Of a DNA stretch of 64,000 nucleotides, positions 27,372 through 37,662 are shown in pieces. The first letter of the stretch is position 1; every line of letters begins with the position of its first letter. This DNA comes from a virus: positions 36,864 to 100,863 of IMG/VR virus record IMGVR_UViG_3300004369_000004; one strand, 5' to 3'. Below the pieces are notes generated by a model. That model saw nothing but the letters and a program-made list of their open reading frames with translations. It was not told where the DNA came from and did no database searches. The position numbers and the translations under genes were made by a program.

Positions 27372-28310
27372 TTATAGGGTACTAGCTCTTACTTTGTTTT
27401 TGAGTTTATCTTTAAAAGATTCGTATTCTTCGGTGTTTTTTGGATCAGCTAAGAACAACTCAAATTCCTCTACTGATTTAGCCCAAACGTGCTCACCTTC
27501 GTATACAATTGAACCTTTTACTCTTACGATGTTTGTGTCAATCAAGTCCTGAGTTAAAGCCTTAACTTCCAACAAGTCATCACTATATGAGGTAATCCTA
27601 ATAAAATTATCAATTGGATCCAAACCTAAGTTAGAAGCTGGTGTACGTAGATACTCATCTAGTGCAACATATACCTCTTCTTCGGTAGAATCAATTGACA
27701 ATCCAAGACCAATCAACCTTTGAATTTTTCTACGCTTACTAGAAGTCATCTTATCTAAACTAGCAATTGCACTGTTGATACGCTTCTTACGCTCAAAGGT
27801 TGCCTTAGATTCAATTTCTCCATCATAAACATAGTATTTAACTTTTGAAGGATCATAAATGCCAGACTCAAGAGCATCTAAGCTATGAGCTACCATTTCT
27901 GTCTCCATTAACCAAAAGTAGTTAACTGCGTCTCTGGGATTATCCAGGTTAAAAATGTTATCTCCATCTTCGAGAGAGATTCCATTTTCTTTTATTTCGT
28001 CATAGAACGTGCTGTTAGGTAAAAGAGACTCATCAAGTACTGCTTCATAGTATTCACGCAGTTGTTTGATTTTTTGGGTCTCTTGCTCCCTAGCTTGTGA
28101 ATCAAGAATAGCTTTCAACTTCTGTGAGTTTTCGTCTAGTCCTGTTTTAATTACTCCTCTGGAATCTACTTTTGGGTACAACTTACGAGCAGTTCCAGGA
28201 ATAAAACTGTATCCATTCTGATACAATGAACCTTCTAATGTACGTAGATTAGATGGGGTTCTGCGGTAGGGTTTGATAATACGTACTCCCTTGGTCAAAT
28301 TTTCTAACAT
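27372..28310 (-). CDS. Conserved crAss-like protein downstream of the MCP, 312 aa
   Basis: FNLDNPRDAVNY and FLADPKN motifs; synteny. Confidence 0.55.
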   Translation of the reverse strand: MLENLTKGVRIIKPYRRTPSNLRTLEGSLYQNGYSFIPGTARKLYPKVDSRGVIKTGLDENSQKLKAILDSQAREQETQKIKQLREYYEAVLDESLLPNSTFYDEIKENGISLEDGDNIFNLDNPRDAVNYFWLMETEMVAHSLDALESGIYDPSKVKYYVYDGEIESKATFERKKRINSAIASLDKMTSSKRRKIQRLIGLGLSIDSTEEEVYVALDEYLRTPASNLGLDPIDNFIRITSYSDDLLEVKALTQDLIDTNIVRVKGSIVYEGEHVWAKSVEEFELFLADPKNTEEYESFKDKLKNKVRASTL

Positions 28311-28345
28311 GGGTTGGTTATTTTATTGGTTATCTTTTTATCCCT

Positions 28346-28374
28346 AAAAGGGGGAAGGTTTTACCCCTCCCCCT
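28346..28374 (-). terminator. Intrinsic terminator after the major capsid gene
   Basis: G-rich/C-rich stem with AAAA on the left (U tract on minus). Confidence 0.65.
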
Positions 28375-28391
28375 CATAAGGACCGCTTAGA

Positions 28392-29942
28392 TTACAAGCG
28401 TGGGTATTCTTTGATGATTACTGTGCGGGTTGGATCTTCCAAGAAGATACCTGCAAAGTCTTTCATGATGTATGTGCTATAAGGATCTTTGTTAGCGATA
28501 ACAGTTTGCTGATTACCGAATCCTACTGAACCTGGGATGTACTGATAGTACATGTTAGGACGAGTAGCCAATTTCACCTCACGGATGTTAGCACCACCTT
28601 CGTTGCTCACGTCAAGAACGATGAAGATAGGAGGAGTCTTTTTGTTAGGACCAAGCTCCAAGAAGGTAGCATGCTCATTCAACTGCTCCAATTCAACGAA
28701 TTCTACAGGACCAGTCTCAGTGGTCATGAAGTGGTCAAACTGAAGTGCATAACCTTGCTTCAAACGATCTTTACCATCAATGAACTTGTCAGCAGACAAA
28801 GTCATGTTTTGGTTGTTGAAGTCTTTACGCATTGCAGCAGAAGCCAACTCCATACCTGCACGGTTAGTGTAGATCTTAACTCTACGCTCAGTTACCTTAA
28901 CACGGTTGTAGAACAAGTCACCGATAGCAGAACGAATCAAGTTCAAGCTAAATTGACCTTTGTCGTAATAGATTACGTTACCCAAGTGCAATTGCTGCCA
29001 CAAACCTGGCTTCATGCGAGTAGGACGACCCTTCTCGTCTACAGTGTTACCTTGACGACCCCACATCAACATGTTTGCACGCATACGCAACATTTCCATA
29101 CGCAACAAACGAGATACGGTAGGCTCCCAACCAACGATCTTGGTTTTCTCACCTTCAGCGTTAGCGTCAGTTACAGAGTAGTAAGTGATGTCCATAGGAT
29201 TACCAGAAGCATCAGTTTGCATACCCAACTTAGTAGCATCAGCCCAGTCAGTGATAGTGTGCTCAACACCATATTGGTTCAATACGTCAGCCATAACTTC
29301 CAAGTTACCATCGAACAAGCCGAGGCCAGAGAAGCTAGTAGAGTACTCACCCAAAACGTTACCTACTTTGAAGTATTCAACTCCAACAGCCAAGTAAGCC
29401 TGATTAACGAAATCAGAAGCGCTGTTACCTGCGGCACGTACACGATACTTAAAACCGTTCTGGAAACGCTCAGCATCAGCAGTAATCTGCACCTGAGTGT
29501 CTTGCTCATAACGGTGAGCAGTGATCATGTCGTTCACAGCAAATGCTTGCTTGTCAAAAATCATGTCAAACTCTTGACCATCAATACCAGGCTTTTCGCC
29601 AGATACGAAGGCATTTGTAGTTCCTGCTTTGTAAACAGCAATCAACTTAGGAAGTTCAGCACGCTTCTTGATTTTGTAAGTGAAGACCCCGTTAGGATCA
29701 TTTACCATGAAAGGTTTTCCTGATTTCATAACAAGATCGATCAAATCGTTTGAATACAAACGGGTGTCTGTAAACAAGCGAATCATCATCTTGTCATACT
29801 GATCAGGCTTAGTCCGTAGCATGGTTTCTACGAAGTTCTTTTCAGTCAATTTGTTCAAACCATTCTTTGAATAGTAAGAACTAGTCATATGAGCGTTGGC
29901 TATCACTCGCCCATTGACCCTAGAAATGTTTTGATTAGGCAT
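28392..29942 (-). CDS. Major capsid protein (crAss-like, HK97 fold), 516 aa
   Basis: Size; strongest codon bias in the window; portal-scaffold-MCP order; MLMWGR, PGLWQQL and GIFLEDPTRT motifs; terminator downstream. Confidence 0.85.
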   Translation of the reverse strand: MPNQNISRVNGRVIANAHMTSSYYSKNGLNKLTEKNFVETMLRTKPDQYDKMMIRLFTDTRLYSNDLIDLVMKSGKPFMVNDPNGVFTYKIKKRAELPKLIAVYKAGTTNAFVSGEKPGIDGQEFDMIFDKQAFAVNDMITAHRYEQDTQVQITADAERFQNGFKYRVRAAGNSASDFVNQAYLAVGVEYFKVGNVLGEYSTSFSGLGLFDGNLEVMADVLNQYGVEHTITDWADATKLGMQTDASGNPMDITYYSVTDANAEGEKTKIVGWEPTVSRLLRMEMLRMRANMLMWGRQGNTVDEKGRPTRMKPGLWQQLHLGNVIYYDKGQFSLNLIRSAIGDLFYNRVKVTERRVKIYTNRAGMELASAAMRKDFNNQNMTLSADKFIDGKDRLKQGYALQFDHFMTTETGPVEFVELEQLNEHATFLELGPNKKTPPIFIVLDVSNEGGANIREVKLATRPNMYYQYIPGSVGFGNQQTVIANKDPYSTYIMKDFAGIFLEDPTRTVIIKEYPRL

Positions 29943-29980
29943 AGCTCTTAAATTGTTTTTTTAATTTATGTTTTTCCTTT

Positions 29981-31156
29981 TTATTTAAAATACTTGGAGA
30001 ATAGATCATCATCTGATTTTTTCCTCCTTGCAGTTTTCTTGGTTTTAGTCTTCAACTCGTTAAAGATTGAATTCGTTTCTTCAGAAACTCCTTTCTTTTT
30101 AACGGGAGTCAAGTCAAGGCCAGTTTGAACAAGCTTAGCTACAGCTAGAAACTTAGAAGGTTCTTCTTGTCTCATCTTAGCTAAAGAGTATTCAAAGTCT
30201 GAAATACGTTGCCCGTTTGGAAGAACATGTGGCTTAGAAAGAACAAAATCAAAAAGTTCGCTAGCTGAATTCTGGTTAATTGGATAACCTTCAATCTCTC
30301 CTTTAGAGATAGAATCCTCTAAAACTTTTGCATATTGCTCCTGACGCTCACGTTCTTTCATCTGCGCTTGTTGTACACGTGCAGCATTTTCTTGTGCCAA
30401 CAAATCTCTTTCTTGCTTCATCTTAGTTACAAGCTTAGAATGATATTTTTTAGCATAAGAAAACAAACGATCATTGTCTCTTGCATAGTTAAGTTGATCT
30501 TCAATCTCGTCTTCTTCCATACCTGTCTTAGCAAGGTATAGTCTAAAAACTCGTTCTTGGTTACCAGGACTATTCAAATCAATGTTATCTACAACTTGCT
30601 CGTTGTTAAACATTTTCAAATATTCATGGATAGGAACTTTATTGATAAAGATGTCCTCAACCATCTTAACTCCGTCTTCTCCGTATGTTTCCATCGCAAT
30701 CTCTTCAAGAGTGTCCCACGCTTTCTTTTCGATGCTATCATTCATCTTCTTAAGAAAGGTTTCTTCTGACCAGTCTAGATTTTCAGGATTTTCACCTTCT
30801 TCAAATTCTAGAATGCCAGCTTTAGCAAGACCTTTTCCAAAAACTTCGAAGTAGTTAACATCATCATCTGAATCATCTTCATCGATAATATCATCATCTT
30901 CATACTCTTCTGATTCCTCAGGTTCCTCAACAGTTTCTTCTACTTGTGTAGGAGCTTGTTGCGTAGCTTTAGGTAAATCAGTCTCTTCCTCATCTTCAGG
31001 ATCTAGAACAGGATCTTTAATTTCCTGTCGGCCATCCAAGATATCTGGAGCAATGTTTTTGTTAGGATCGTAAGACTCAATTGCGTCAATCGGATCGTCA
31101 CTGGAGAATGTGTCAAAGAACTCTAAGTTCTCTAATGGATTTTCATTAGTACTCAT
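29981..31156 (-). CDS. Acidic scaffold-like protein, 391 aa
   Basis: Very acidic disordered N-terminus plus coiled coil; lies between portal and MCP. Confidence 0.6.
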   Translation of the reverse strand: MSTNENPLENLEFFDTFSSDDPIDAIESYDPNKNIAPDILDGRQEIKDPVLDPEDEEETDLPKATQQAPTQVEETVEEPEESEEYEDDDIIDEDDSDDDVNYFEVFGKGLAKAGILEFEEGENPENLDWSEETFLKKMNDSIEKKAWDTLEEIAMETYGEDGVKMVEDIFINKVPIHEYLKMFNNEQVVDNIDLNSPGNQERVFRLYLAKTGMEEDEIEDQLNYARDNDRLFSYAKKYHSKLVTKMKQERDLLAQENAARVQQAQMKERERQEQYAKVLEDSISKGEIEGYPINQNSASELFDFVLSKPHVLPNGQRISDFEYSLAKMRQEEPSKFLAVAKLVQTGLDLTPVKKKGVSEETNSIFNELKTKTKKTARRKKSDDDLFSKYFK

Positions 31157-31177
31157 ATAGGTTGGTTTTGGTTAGTT

Positions 31178-31207
31178 CAAAAGTAATCTTTTAAAAAAAT
31201 AACTCAA
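31178..31207 (-). promoter_or_regulatory. Bacteroidota-type promoter TTG-N19-TACTTTTG for the scaffold/MCP operon
   Basis: Exact 19-nt spacer; sits between the portal terminator and the 31156 start. Confidence 0.7.
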
Positions 31208-31213
31208 GAAGTT

Positions 31214-31255
31214 AAAAGAGGCGGTGTTTATTATAGTTAAACTGTACACCGCCTC
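31214..31255 (-). terminator. Intrinsic terminator after the portal gene
   Basis: GAGGCGGTGT/ACACCGCCTC 10-bp perfect stem; U tract on minus. Confidence 0.7.
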
Positions 31256-31265
31256 CCTTAATTAG

Positions 31266-33704
31266 TTATTTATCGTATCTATTTTTATTAGTTTTAGCAA
31301 TTTCAAGCTTAGTATCTATATCTTTTTCTTTAAGATCAAGCTCTCTTTCTCTCATGCTTTGTTCCTTTTTCTTATTTTCTCTCTGATAATTCTGCTTAGA
31401 GATCTGTTGAGAAAGACTAGTTTGCTGGATTAAAAGATCGGTTGTGTCTTTTTCAGGACTAAAAGAACCTTCGTTAGCAATACCTCTTAGTTTTTCAACC
31501 TCAAGTTTATTTTGCCTGTCAAGTTCTTTGTTCATATCCTCACGTCTAGCTCTCTCCTGCTCATTAGCTTGATCAATTTGCATCTTCTGCTGGAACTGCT
31601 GTTGCTGCATTTGCATCTGTTGTTGTTGATTCTGCTGCTCTTGTTGTCTGATAGCCTCCTTACGTTTCTGCACTTCCTCCAAAGTCTTACGTAAATTTCT
31701 CTCAGATGAAGCAGTAAACAAGTCGAGCATCTCAAGAAGCTCTGCTCCATTCTGCATAGCAGGCTGAGCCAACTGCTTCAACTGATCAAGAGTAACTTTA
31801 TCTTCTGCATAAGAGCTAACAAAAACAAACAACTCATGCAGCAATTCGTCCTTAGTAATTCTTAAGAATACAGTCTCTAATTCAGAGTTAAGATAATTCA
31901 AAGTAGAAGTAGGCTTCTGCAATTCAGTGTACTGGGCAATGTCAAGTATAGTCTGATATACTTTCTGTAGAATAGTATCGTGCCAAGAGAACCAAGTCTC
32001 TGTCTGAGCAAATGACTGTTGCAAGTTATTATTAGCAGCAGTTGCTGTCTCATTAGCTGTAGAAGATCCTAATCTCTGTCTTGTAATACCAATAAGCTCG
32101 TAAGCCTCGTTACGGATTAATTGAGCTAATTGAATACGAGACTGAATCTCTGCAGTTCTAGACAAGTCTACACGAGACATCTGATTAAACTGAACAGCTC
32201 CTCCAGTGTTTTCAATTGAAGTATCAATAAATAAAGTTCCTCTATTCTTGGCATTCCAAAGCATCATCTCAATAGGATCTTGAGAATCTTTCTTAGGTAC
32301 TACCTTCAAATCTCCTAGGAATACTACACCAATCTCTTTCTCTAAAAGTTCCCAGAGTTGGTTCATTGCGATGTTATAAAGAATCTGATAAGGCTTAATC
32401 AGATCTAAAAATGATTTACTTTGAGTATTTCTAGTAGTATTTATAATCCCAATAATAGGACTAGACTGAATGTAATCAAGAGGCTCAAAGTTTACATAGA
32501 TATCATTTCCAATCTTAATACCCCTCCACCACTCATTAATCCATACCTCTTCTAGAGAAATATCACCAGCTTGTTTGCTGTATTTGTAATCTTCATTTAC
32601 AAACATCTCTTGCTGATATCCATTCTCATCTAGATAAGTTCTCTTGTAAATTAGTTTTTTAGACTGCCAGTAGGCTGTAACAACAGTAAAGGCATGCTGA
32701 GAGTTAAAAGAGAATACGTTATGGTCTATACCTCCGTTAGCAAAGTCGCCTACGTTCTCAAACGTTAACTGCCACAAAGGATCATTAGGATTAGGCAAAG
32801 CAGGAGCTAAAGGAGAATACTCGTTATTACGAAGATTCTGAAGAGCTTTGTCATTCAAGTGATCAATCTCTTCCCCTGTCAAATTGTATCTCTCTACAAT
32901 CTCACTCATAGAAAGAACTTCAATAGTTCCTAGTGCCCAACAATCGTCTGTGTAAATAGCGTTACGATTAGCTAGATACCAAACATTAGATGGATTCTCA
33001 ATTTTATAATTAAATCCAATTCTAGAATTATCAGGGTAGAAGTGATGAAACTCTTTACCTGTAATCAAAAAGTCCAAGAAAGACTGACTAGACTTTTCTT
33101 TAAAATTAAAATGATACTTAAGTGCATTAAGAGTCTTGTTACCCCACTCCTCTGCAGTTGATGTATAATCTAAAATTTTGTTTTGAATCTCTTGCTGTTG
33201 CTGTGCTAACTCCTCGGGGGAAATAGGTTGTCCCTGAATATTTGCAGACAACTGGGCCATAAAGTAATCCTTAATTAACTCTGTTCTATAATCAATAACT
33301 TCATTAATAGCTTCATCGTCTATAGCTTTAACTTTATAACGATGTGGTCTATTAATAAGCTCCCCCTTTAACTGATTGATTGGAGGAGTAACAATAGAAT
33401 AGTGCTTCAAGTACTGTGGTACATCAGGCTCCTGATCTGGAATGTCTGCCAGATAATCAACCATCTCTTTGTACTCAGGTTGATTAATGTAGTCATTAAA
33501 GTTAAACTCACCATTATACAGCCTATAGTTTTTGCGGAATACTTGATTCTGCTTATACTGAGCAAATGCAATATTTGCAAAGTAGTCCATGTTAGACTTT
33601 ATAAAAGTATTTGTACTTTTTTCTTTTTTGGTTGTAAATTGCTTCGGGTAAAAGTACTCGTGATTCAATGGATCCTGGTACTCTTTTAGAGATTCAATTA
33701 TCAT
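31266..33704 (-). CDS. Portal protein, 812 aa
   Basis: NYRLYNG, LKHYSIVTPPINQLKGE, WINEWWRGIKIG, KPYQILYNI and GITRQRLG motifs; Gln-rich coiled-coil C-terminus; follows TerL. Confidence 0.88.
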   Translation of the reverse strand: MIIESLKEYQDPLNHEYFYPKQFTTKKEKSTNTFIKSNMDYFANIAFAQYKQNQVFRKNYRLYNGEFNFNDYINQPEYKEMVDYLADIPDQEPDVPQYLKHYSIVTPPINQLKGELINRPHRYKVKAIDDEAINEVIDYRTELIKDYFMAQLSANIQGQPISPEELAQQQQEIQNKILDYTSTAEEWGNKTLNALKYHFNFKEKSSQSFLDFLITGKEFHHFYPDNSRIGFNYKIENPSNVWYLANRNAIYTDDCWALGTIEVLSMSEIVERYNLTGEEIDHLNDKALQNLRNNEYSPLAPALPNPNDPLWQLTFENVGDFANGGIDHNVFSFNSQHAFTVVTAYWQSKKLIYKRTYLDENGYQQEMFVNEDYKYSKQAGDISLEEVWINEWWRGIKIGNDIYVNFEPLDYIQSSPIIGIINTTRNTQSKSFLDLIKPYQILYNIAMNQLWELLEKEIGVVFLGDLKVVPKKDSQDPIEMMLWNAKNRGTLFIDTSIENTGGAVQFNQMSRVDLSRTAEIQSRIQLAQLIRNEAYELIGITRQRLGSSTANETATAANNNLQQSFAQTETWFSWHDTILQKVYQTILDIAQYTELQKPTSTLNYLNSELETVFLRITKDELLHELFVFVSSYAEDKVTLDQLKQLAQPAMQNGAELLEMLDLFTASSERNLRKTLEEVQKRKEAIRQQEQQNQQQQMQMQQQQFQQKMQIDQANEQERARREDMNKELDRQNKLEVEKLRGIANEGSFSPEKDTTDLLIQQTSLSQQISKQNYQRENKKKEQSMRERELDLKEKDIDTKLEIAKTNKNRYDK

Positions 33705-33715
33705 AATGGTATTTT

Positions 33716-35725
33716 TTAATATCTAAAGGGGGTAACTCCTAGTTGTTTAAAAGGCGAGCCTTTTTTAATAGTTTTAAAATAAGATTTCATTCTGTCATCT
33801 TGATTCGTATCATGTACTATTACTCTATTAGATAGAGTCTTAGACATCGCAAGAGTTAATCCAAATGCAATAATACGGTCAACATTGAGTTTTGGTGTAA
33901 ATTTTATTAATTCTTTTAATAGTAATGGGTCTAAAATTCTAGAGACTCCAAGTCTTTCTTTAATGATATTTCCTTCTTCATCTCTTACTACATCTGTAAC
34001 TTCTGTTAGGTATTCAATAATCAAAGACAACAAATAATTTTTAATGTCTTTAGTCATGTGAATTCCAAAGTCACGATTAACAGAAGAGTTTGGGTGTATA
34101 TCATTTAGGAAAGAAGGAGTTCTTTCAAGTAGTCTGGTAGACTCATTCTTTTCAACACAATGTTGAATAAATCCGTAGTCCATGTTCTCGCAAAGACTTT
34201 TAGCATTATAGTACTTAAGAAGCAGCTTGGTAGTCTCATACCACTTTTCAATTTTATCAGGTCTTCCTACATAAGCAGCTACAATCATATTCTGCCAGCC
34301 TTCGCCTGATATATTGTGAACTCTCTTGTAAATGTACGTAGCCCCCAAAGAAGTTGAATACTGAGCTTGTGATTGTTTATATGGGTCAGTGCCTGCAGTA
34401 TAAAGACCGTAGGGTGCATCAAAGATTGGGTATTCCCAGATTTGTATTACACCTTCTAGTCGATCTGAAGGTTTAGATGGAAAATTTTCTACGGGTTTCT
34501 TATCCGTAAATTTATGCATCACTTTATTCTCAGAGTTTAAATAAAGCTCTACAAAGTCTGGCTTAATATCCTCATTAACTAACTTCTGAAGTTGTTCTTG
34601 AAGAATGTCTACAGGAAATATATTCTGAGACATCTCTAAGAAACATTCTTCATGAGTAAGTGGGTAGTACATTACCTCCTTTAGGTAAGCTTCTAAACCA
34701 GAAGATTTTTTAACTTGCTCTCTGTTTTTAAGAATGATCTCATTGCCCTTCTCAAGATCAGAAACAAACACAGTTATATTGTCTAGTTCTGACTGATCTT
34801 CTTTTTGCAGATAGAGTCCTAGTGGCTCTGGTGTTTTAGGAATTTTAAGAGACTTTGTACCAGGTACAAACAAACCATAACTCTTGCCTGACTCCTCTGT
34901 CTTTACAGGAAGGAAGTTATAAGCTTCTGGATTATTAAAAAGCTCTTCCAAATCACCTGCTCTAGTCATGTCTCCAGATGTTCCAATTACAATAGGAGAA
35001 CAGCGCCACCCGTGAGGTGAGTCAAAACACGGAGTTGTTGCTGCAAGACAAGATAGCATTTTCCCCTTACCAGCCTCTTCAAGCATAAATGAAGAGAGAG
35101 TAAGACCTGCTGCTGCCTCAGTGTTATTGCCTTCATCAAAGTTTCTTACGTGGATCTTTGACCACTCATTTCTCTTGTTTGTTTTTTTGTCTTTAAAGCC
35201 AAGAGTAACTTGTCTTTTCCAGTCATCTTCAATCCTAGGAAATCTAAAATAATCTGGAAGGTTTCTTAAGGTAAGATCTACAGCTTGTGTAGTATTACTT
35301 AAGTCAGGTTGGTTCAAAGCCGAAATCAAGTGGTCTCCCCCTTGCATAGTGATAGCTTTGTGGGCTATGTAAGAGGAAGTCAAGATCGTTTTTGAAATAC
35401 GTCTCGATCCTACCATCACAACTCCCTTCTTGCCATCAGGATGATTTTCGGCTTTGTGAATAACCTCATCTATCTCTAGATATGTATCCCATAGTTGAGG
35501 CCTGCCTAATTGCCTAGTAAGTCGGTTTCCCTGTTGTATGTCTAAATACAAAGATGCATAGTTTAGATGCCAGTAGATAAACGGAGAAAAGTAAAAACCA
35601 TTAATGGTTACTCCCTCATTAATCTTCTTGTCCTCATTTTCCCAAAATGCCTCATACTCCTGAGAGTCTATGTCAGGAATAGATTTTACATTTATCAAAA
35701 ATTCTGGACTACCTAAGTTATGCAT
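33716..35725 (-). CDS. terL: Terminase large subunit, 669 aa
   Basis: Walker A-like GSRRISKT, Walker B LEEAGK, coupling motif GTSG, nuclease motifs GTDPY and DRIIAF. Confidence 0.9.
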   Translation of the reverse strand: MHNLGSPEFLINVKSIPDIDSQEYEAFWENEDKKINEGVTINGFYFSPFIYWHLNYASLYLDIQQGNRLTRQLGRPQLWDTYLEIDEVIHKAENHPDGKKGVVMVGSRRISKTILTSSYIAHKAITMQGGDHLISALNQPDLSNTTQAVDLTLRNLPDYFRFPRIEDDWKRQVTLGFKDKKTNKRNEWSKIHVRNFDEGNNTEAAAGLTLSSFMLEEAGKGKMLSCLAATTPCFDSPHGWRCSPIVIGTSGDMTRAGDLEELFNNPEAYNFLPVKTEESGKSYGLFVPGTKSLKIPKTPEPLGLYLQKEDQSELDNITVFVSDLEKGNEIILKNREQVKKSSGLEAYLKEVMYYPLTHEECFLEMSQNIFPVDILQEQLQKLVNEDIKPDFVELYLNSENKVMHKFTDKKPVENFPSKPSDRLEGVIQIWEYPIFDAPYGLYTAGTDPYKQSQAQYSTSLGATYIYKRVHNISGEGWQNMIVAAYVGRPDKIEKWYETTKLLLKYYNAKSLCENMDYGFIQHCVEKNESTRLLERTPSFLNDIHPNSSVNRDFGIHMTKDIKNYLLSLIIEYLTEVTDVVRDEEGNIIKERLGVSRILDPLLLKELIKFTPKLNVDRIIAFGLTLAMSKTLSNRVIVHDTNQDDRMKSYFKTIKKGSPFKQLGVTPFRY

Positions 35726-35727
35726 AC

Positions 35728-36045
35728 TTATGAAAATTTCTTCATCTTGCCATTAATTGCCTGAGAACCTCTAGCTTCCGCTTTAAGCTCTTCTTTTTCT
35801 CTCAGCTTATCTACTACTTCAAGTAAGGCTAAGTATTCCTTCATAGTATCTCTAATTGATTTAATTTGAGATTCTATAGAAGCTACTACCATTGGTATAG
35901 CTCCCCCATTGGAAGTTTGTTTAAACTGAACTCTATCTTTCAACTCTGCTACGGGGTTTGCATCTACATACAATCTCCACTCAGCAAGTTTCTCTTCTGC
36001 CCACTCTAGTTCAGCTGAAACGTATGTCTGTTTTTTATTCGCCAT
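35728..36045 (-). CDS. Putative terminase small subunit, 105 aa
   Basis: Small coiled-coil protein ending EARG directly upstream of TerL; assignment is positional inference. Confidence 0.4.
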   Translation of the reverse strand: MANKKQTYVSAELEWAEEKLAEWRLYVDANPVAELKDRVQFKQTSNGGAIPMVVASIESQIKSIRDTMKEYLALLEVVDKLREKEELKAEARGSQAINGKMKKFS

Positions 36046-36247
36046 ACTTTTCTAAAAATTTACGGAAAGAAGAATTCATAAAGTCTTCAAGGACTTTTGC
36101 ATAGAAATCTTCTGTCCTGCCTGTCTTTGAGTAGGAGTATCCCGCCTTCCAAAAAATCTTAAATGTGTTCATAAGATCATCCTGGAATGTATTTGGATAC
36201 TCCATCTCAAACTTTTTACTAGGCTTTGCTTTTTGGTTGGTTTCCAT
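36035..36247 (-). CDS. Hypothetical protein, 70 aa
   Basis: Tightly packed in the operon. Confidence 0.55.
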   Translation of the reverse strand: METNQKAKPSKKFEMEYPNTFQDDLMNTFKIFWKAGYSYSKTGRTEDFYAKVLEDFMNSSFRKFLEKYGE

Positions 36248-36254
36248 AGCCTAA

Positions 36255-36404
36255 TTACTTTACTGTTTGAACTACAGAATCGTGAGGCATGATGTAAACT
36301 TCCACACCACACTTAGTTCCTTTTTTACCTCCGCACCCATTTGTAATAGTGCGAGTTACTGTGCGCCTAATTTTAACCGTTTGCGCTTGATTTTCCTTTT
36401 TCAT
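36255..36404 (-). CDS. Small basic hypothetical protein, 49 aa (MKKENQAQTVKIRRTVTRTITNGCGGKKGTKCGVEVYIMPHDSVVQTVK)
   Basis: Translated by hand; fills the gap between 36373..36771 and 36035..36247 on the operon strand. Confidence 0.5.
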   Translation of the reverse strand: MKKENQAQTVKIRRTVTRTITNGCGGKKGTKCGVEVYIMPHDSVVQTVK

Positions 36405-36771
36405 ATTTGGTCCACTTTAAGGGTAATTGTTTTTCTGGGTTTTCTTTATTCCACTCCTCTATACCGCAGTTTGAATAAAGAGAAGATGTTTTATATTCTA
36501 TGATACAACCACATAACGAACAATGAAGCTCTGATCTGGATGTGTCGTAGTGCTTGCCTTGTAGTTTATAAAACTCTGCTGACTGCTTAGCATTTCTGGA
36601 GTTGTATGGACAGTTAGTACATATGTCGTACCTTTCTGCGATGATTTGTCTTTTTTCATTATCTAGTAGTTTAAATCGATCTATTACTTTGGTCTTCAGC
36701 CCACTTAGGACTTTGTCTGCGTTCTTCAGGCCCTTGATACTCAGGTCCAGGTATTCTTTGAATGGATTCAT
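36373..36771 (-). CDS. Cys-rich putative Zn-binding protein, 132 aa
   Basis: ERYDICTNCP...HCSLCGC..KT.....C..KW pattern. Confidence 0.65.
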   Translation of the reverse strand: MNPFKEYLDLSIKGLKNADKVLSGLKTKVIDRFKLLDNEKRQIIAERYDICTNCPYNSRNAKQSAEFYKLQGKHYDTSRSELHCSLCGCIIEYKTSSLYSNCGIEEWNKENPEKQLPLKWTKYEKGKSSANG

Positions 36772-37222
36772 ATAAGTTGTCTAGTTGGTTTTTAATCTTA
36801 TCAATTATTGTAATCTTATTGATGTAGCCTGTCTCGTTAATCAAGTCTAAGTCTTTCATCTTAGAAACTCTAGCTTTTAACGAATCAGCAGTAGTAAGCA
36901 ATTGTATGCAACGGGCATTAAGTGCTTTAGCTTTAACCTCAGTTTTCTTTTCAGGATGTTCTTGGTAGTAGCCAGTAATCTTTTGCAGGCTAATAGTATA
37001 ACCCTGAAGGAAAGAAATTCCTTTTTTAAGATTTATCTTTATTGTTCCTAAACCACGTAACATAACTTGAAGTACTTCTTCTTCGGTGGTTTCTTTTATA
37101 AGTTGATCTAAATACCAAGAATACACAGTATCTACATCAGCGTTTGTGCAGTCTAACTCCTTAGCTACTGAAGAGTATAGGCCATAACATTTAAATTCCG
37201 TCTCCTTACCGTTAATGCTCAT
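36671..37222 (-). CDS. IHF/HU-like protein with helical extension, 183 aa
   Basis: Two N-terminal helices then VMLRGLGTIKI (HU-like beta signature); crAss-like phages carry a second IHF-like gene upstream of TerL. Confidence 0.5.
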   Translation of the reverse strand: MSINGKETEFKCYGLYSSVAKELDCTNADVDTVYSWYLDQLIKETTEEEVLQVMLRGLGTIKINLKKGISFLQGYTISLQKITGYYQEHPEKKTEVKAKALNARCIQLLTTADSLKARVSKMKDLDLINETGYINKITIIDKIKNQLDNLYESIQRIPGPEYQGPEERRQSPKWAEDQSNRSI

Positions 37223-37223
37223 A

Positions 37224-37616
37224 TTAGTTTATGTCTGTTGGAATTTGTGTTTTCTTAGTTGATTTTTTTAAAACAGAGGAAACATTTTCCATAAGACCTT
37301 CTTTGTCGGTCTTTAGCATGAACGTAATAGTGGCTTCGCTATTAGACGTTAATCTCAGCTTAGCATTTACAGTGTTTTTCTGTAAAAGCCCAAGCTTCCT
37401 AAGCTTAGTAATTGCATTTGAAATTACTTGAGTAGACGTATTGTTTCGAGAGGCTAACTCATCTTTAATGTTTTTATTAATAGTACCATAGTAAGAACTA
37501 TATCCTAAAACACTAGTATATAAGTCAGATAGCCTATATCCTGCGAATCTCAATAGTATATCAATGTAAGATTGATGCAATTCTACGCTTTCTTTATATT
37601 TTCTAGCTACTTTCAT
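37224..37616 (-). CDS. Putative winged-HTH DNA-binding protein, 130 aa
   Basis: DELASRNNTSTQVISNAITKLRKLGLLQK; first gene of the packaging operon. Confidence 0.5.
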   Translation of the reverse strand: MKVARKYKESVELHQSYIDILLRFAGYRLSDLYTSVLGYSSYYGTINKNIKDELASRNNTSTQVISNAITKLRKLGLLQKNTVNAKLRLTSNSEATITFMLKTDKEGLMENVSSVLKKSTKKTQIPTDIN

Positions 37617-37632
37617 TTCAGTTGGTTTTTAG

Positions 37633-37662
37633 CAAATATACTAAGATAAAATAAAAAGTCAA
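37633..37662 (-). promoter_or_regulatory. Bacteroidota-type promoter TTG-N19-TATATTTG for the packaging operon
   Basis: TTG actttttattttatcttag TATATTTG; 17 nt upstream of the 37616 start. Confidence 0.75.

Noticed and set aside
28671-29723. 350-aa plus-strand ORF antisense to the MCP (similar ones at 25679-26245 and, on the minus strand, 56276-56869)
   Set aside because: Shadow ORFs produced by strong codon bias of highly expressed genes on the opposite strand; no protein-like motifs
33716-35725. Introns or inteins in TerL, portal or MCP, which are common in crAss-like phages
   Set aside because: All three are single uninterrupted ORFs of normal length with no intein or homing-endonuclease motifs
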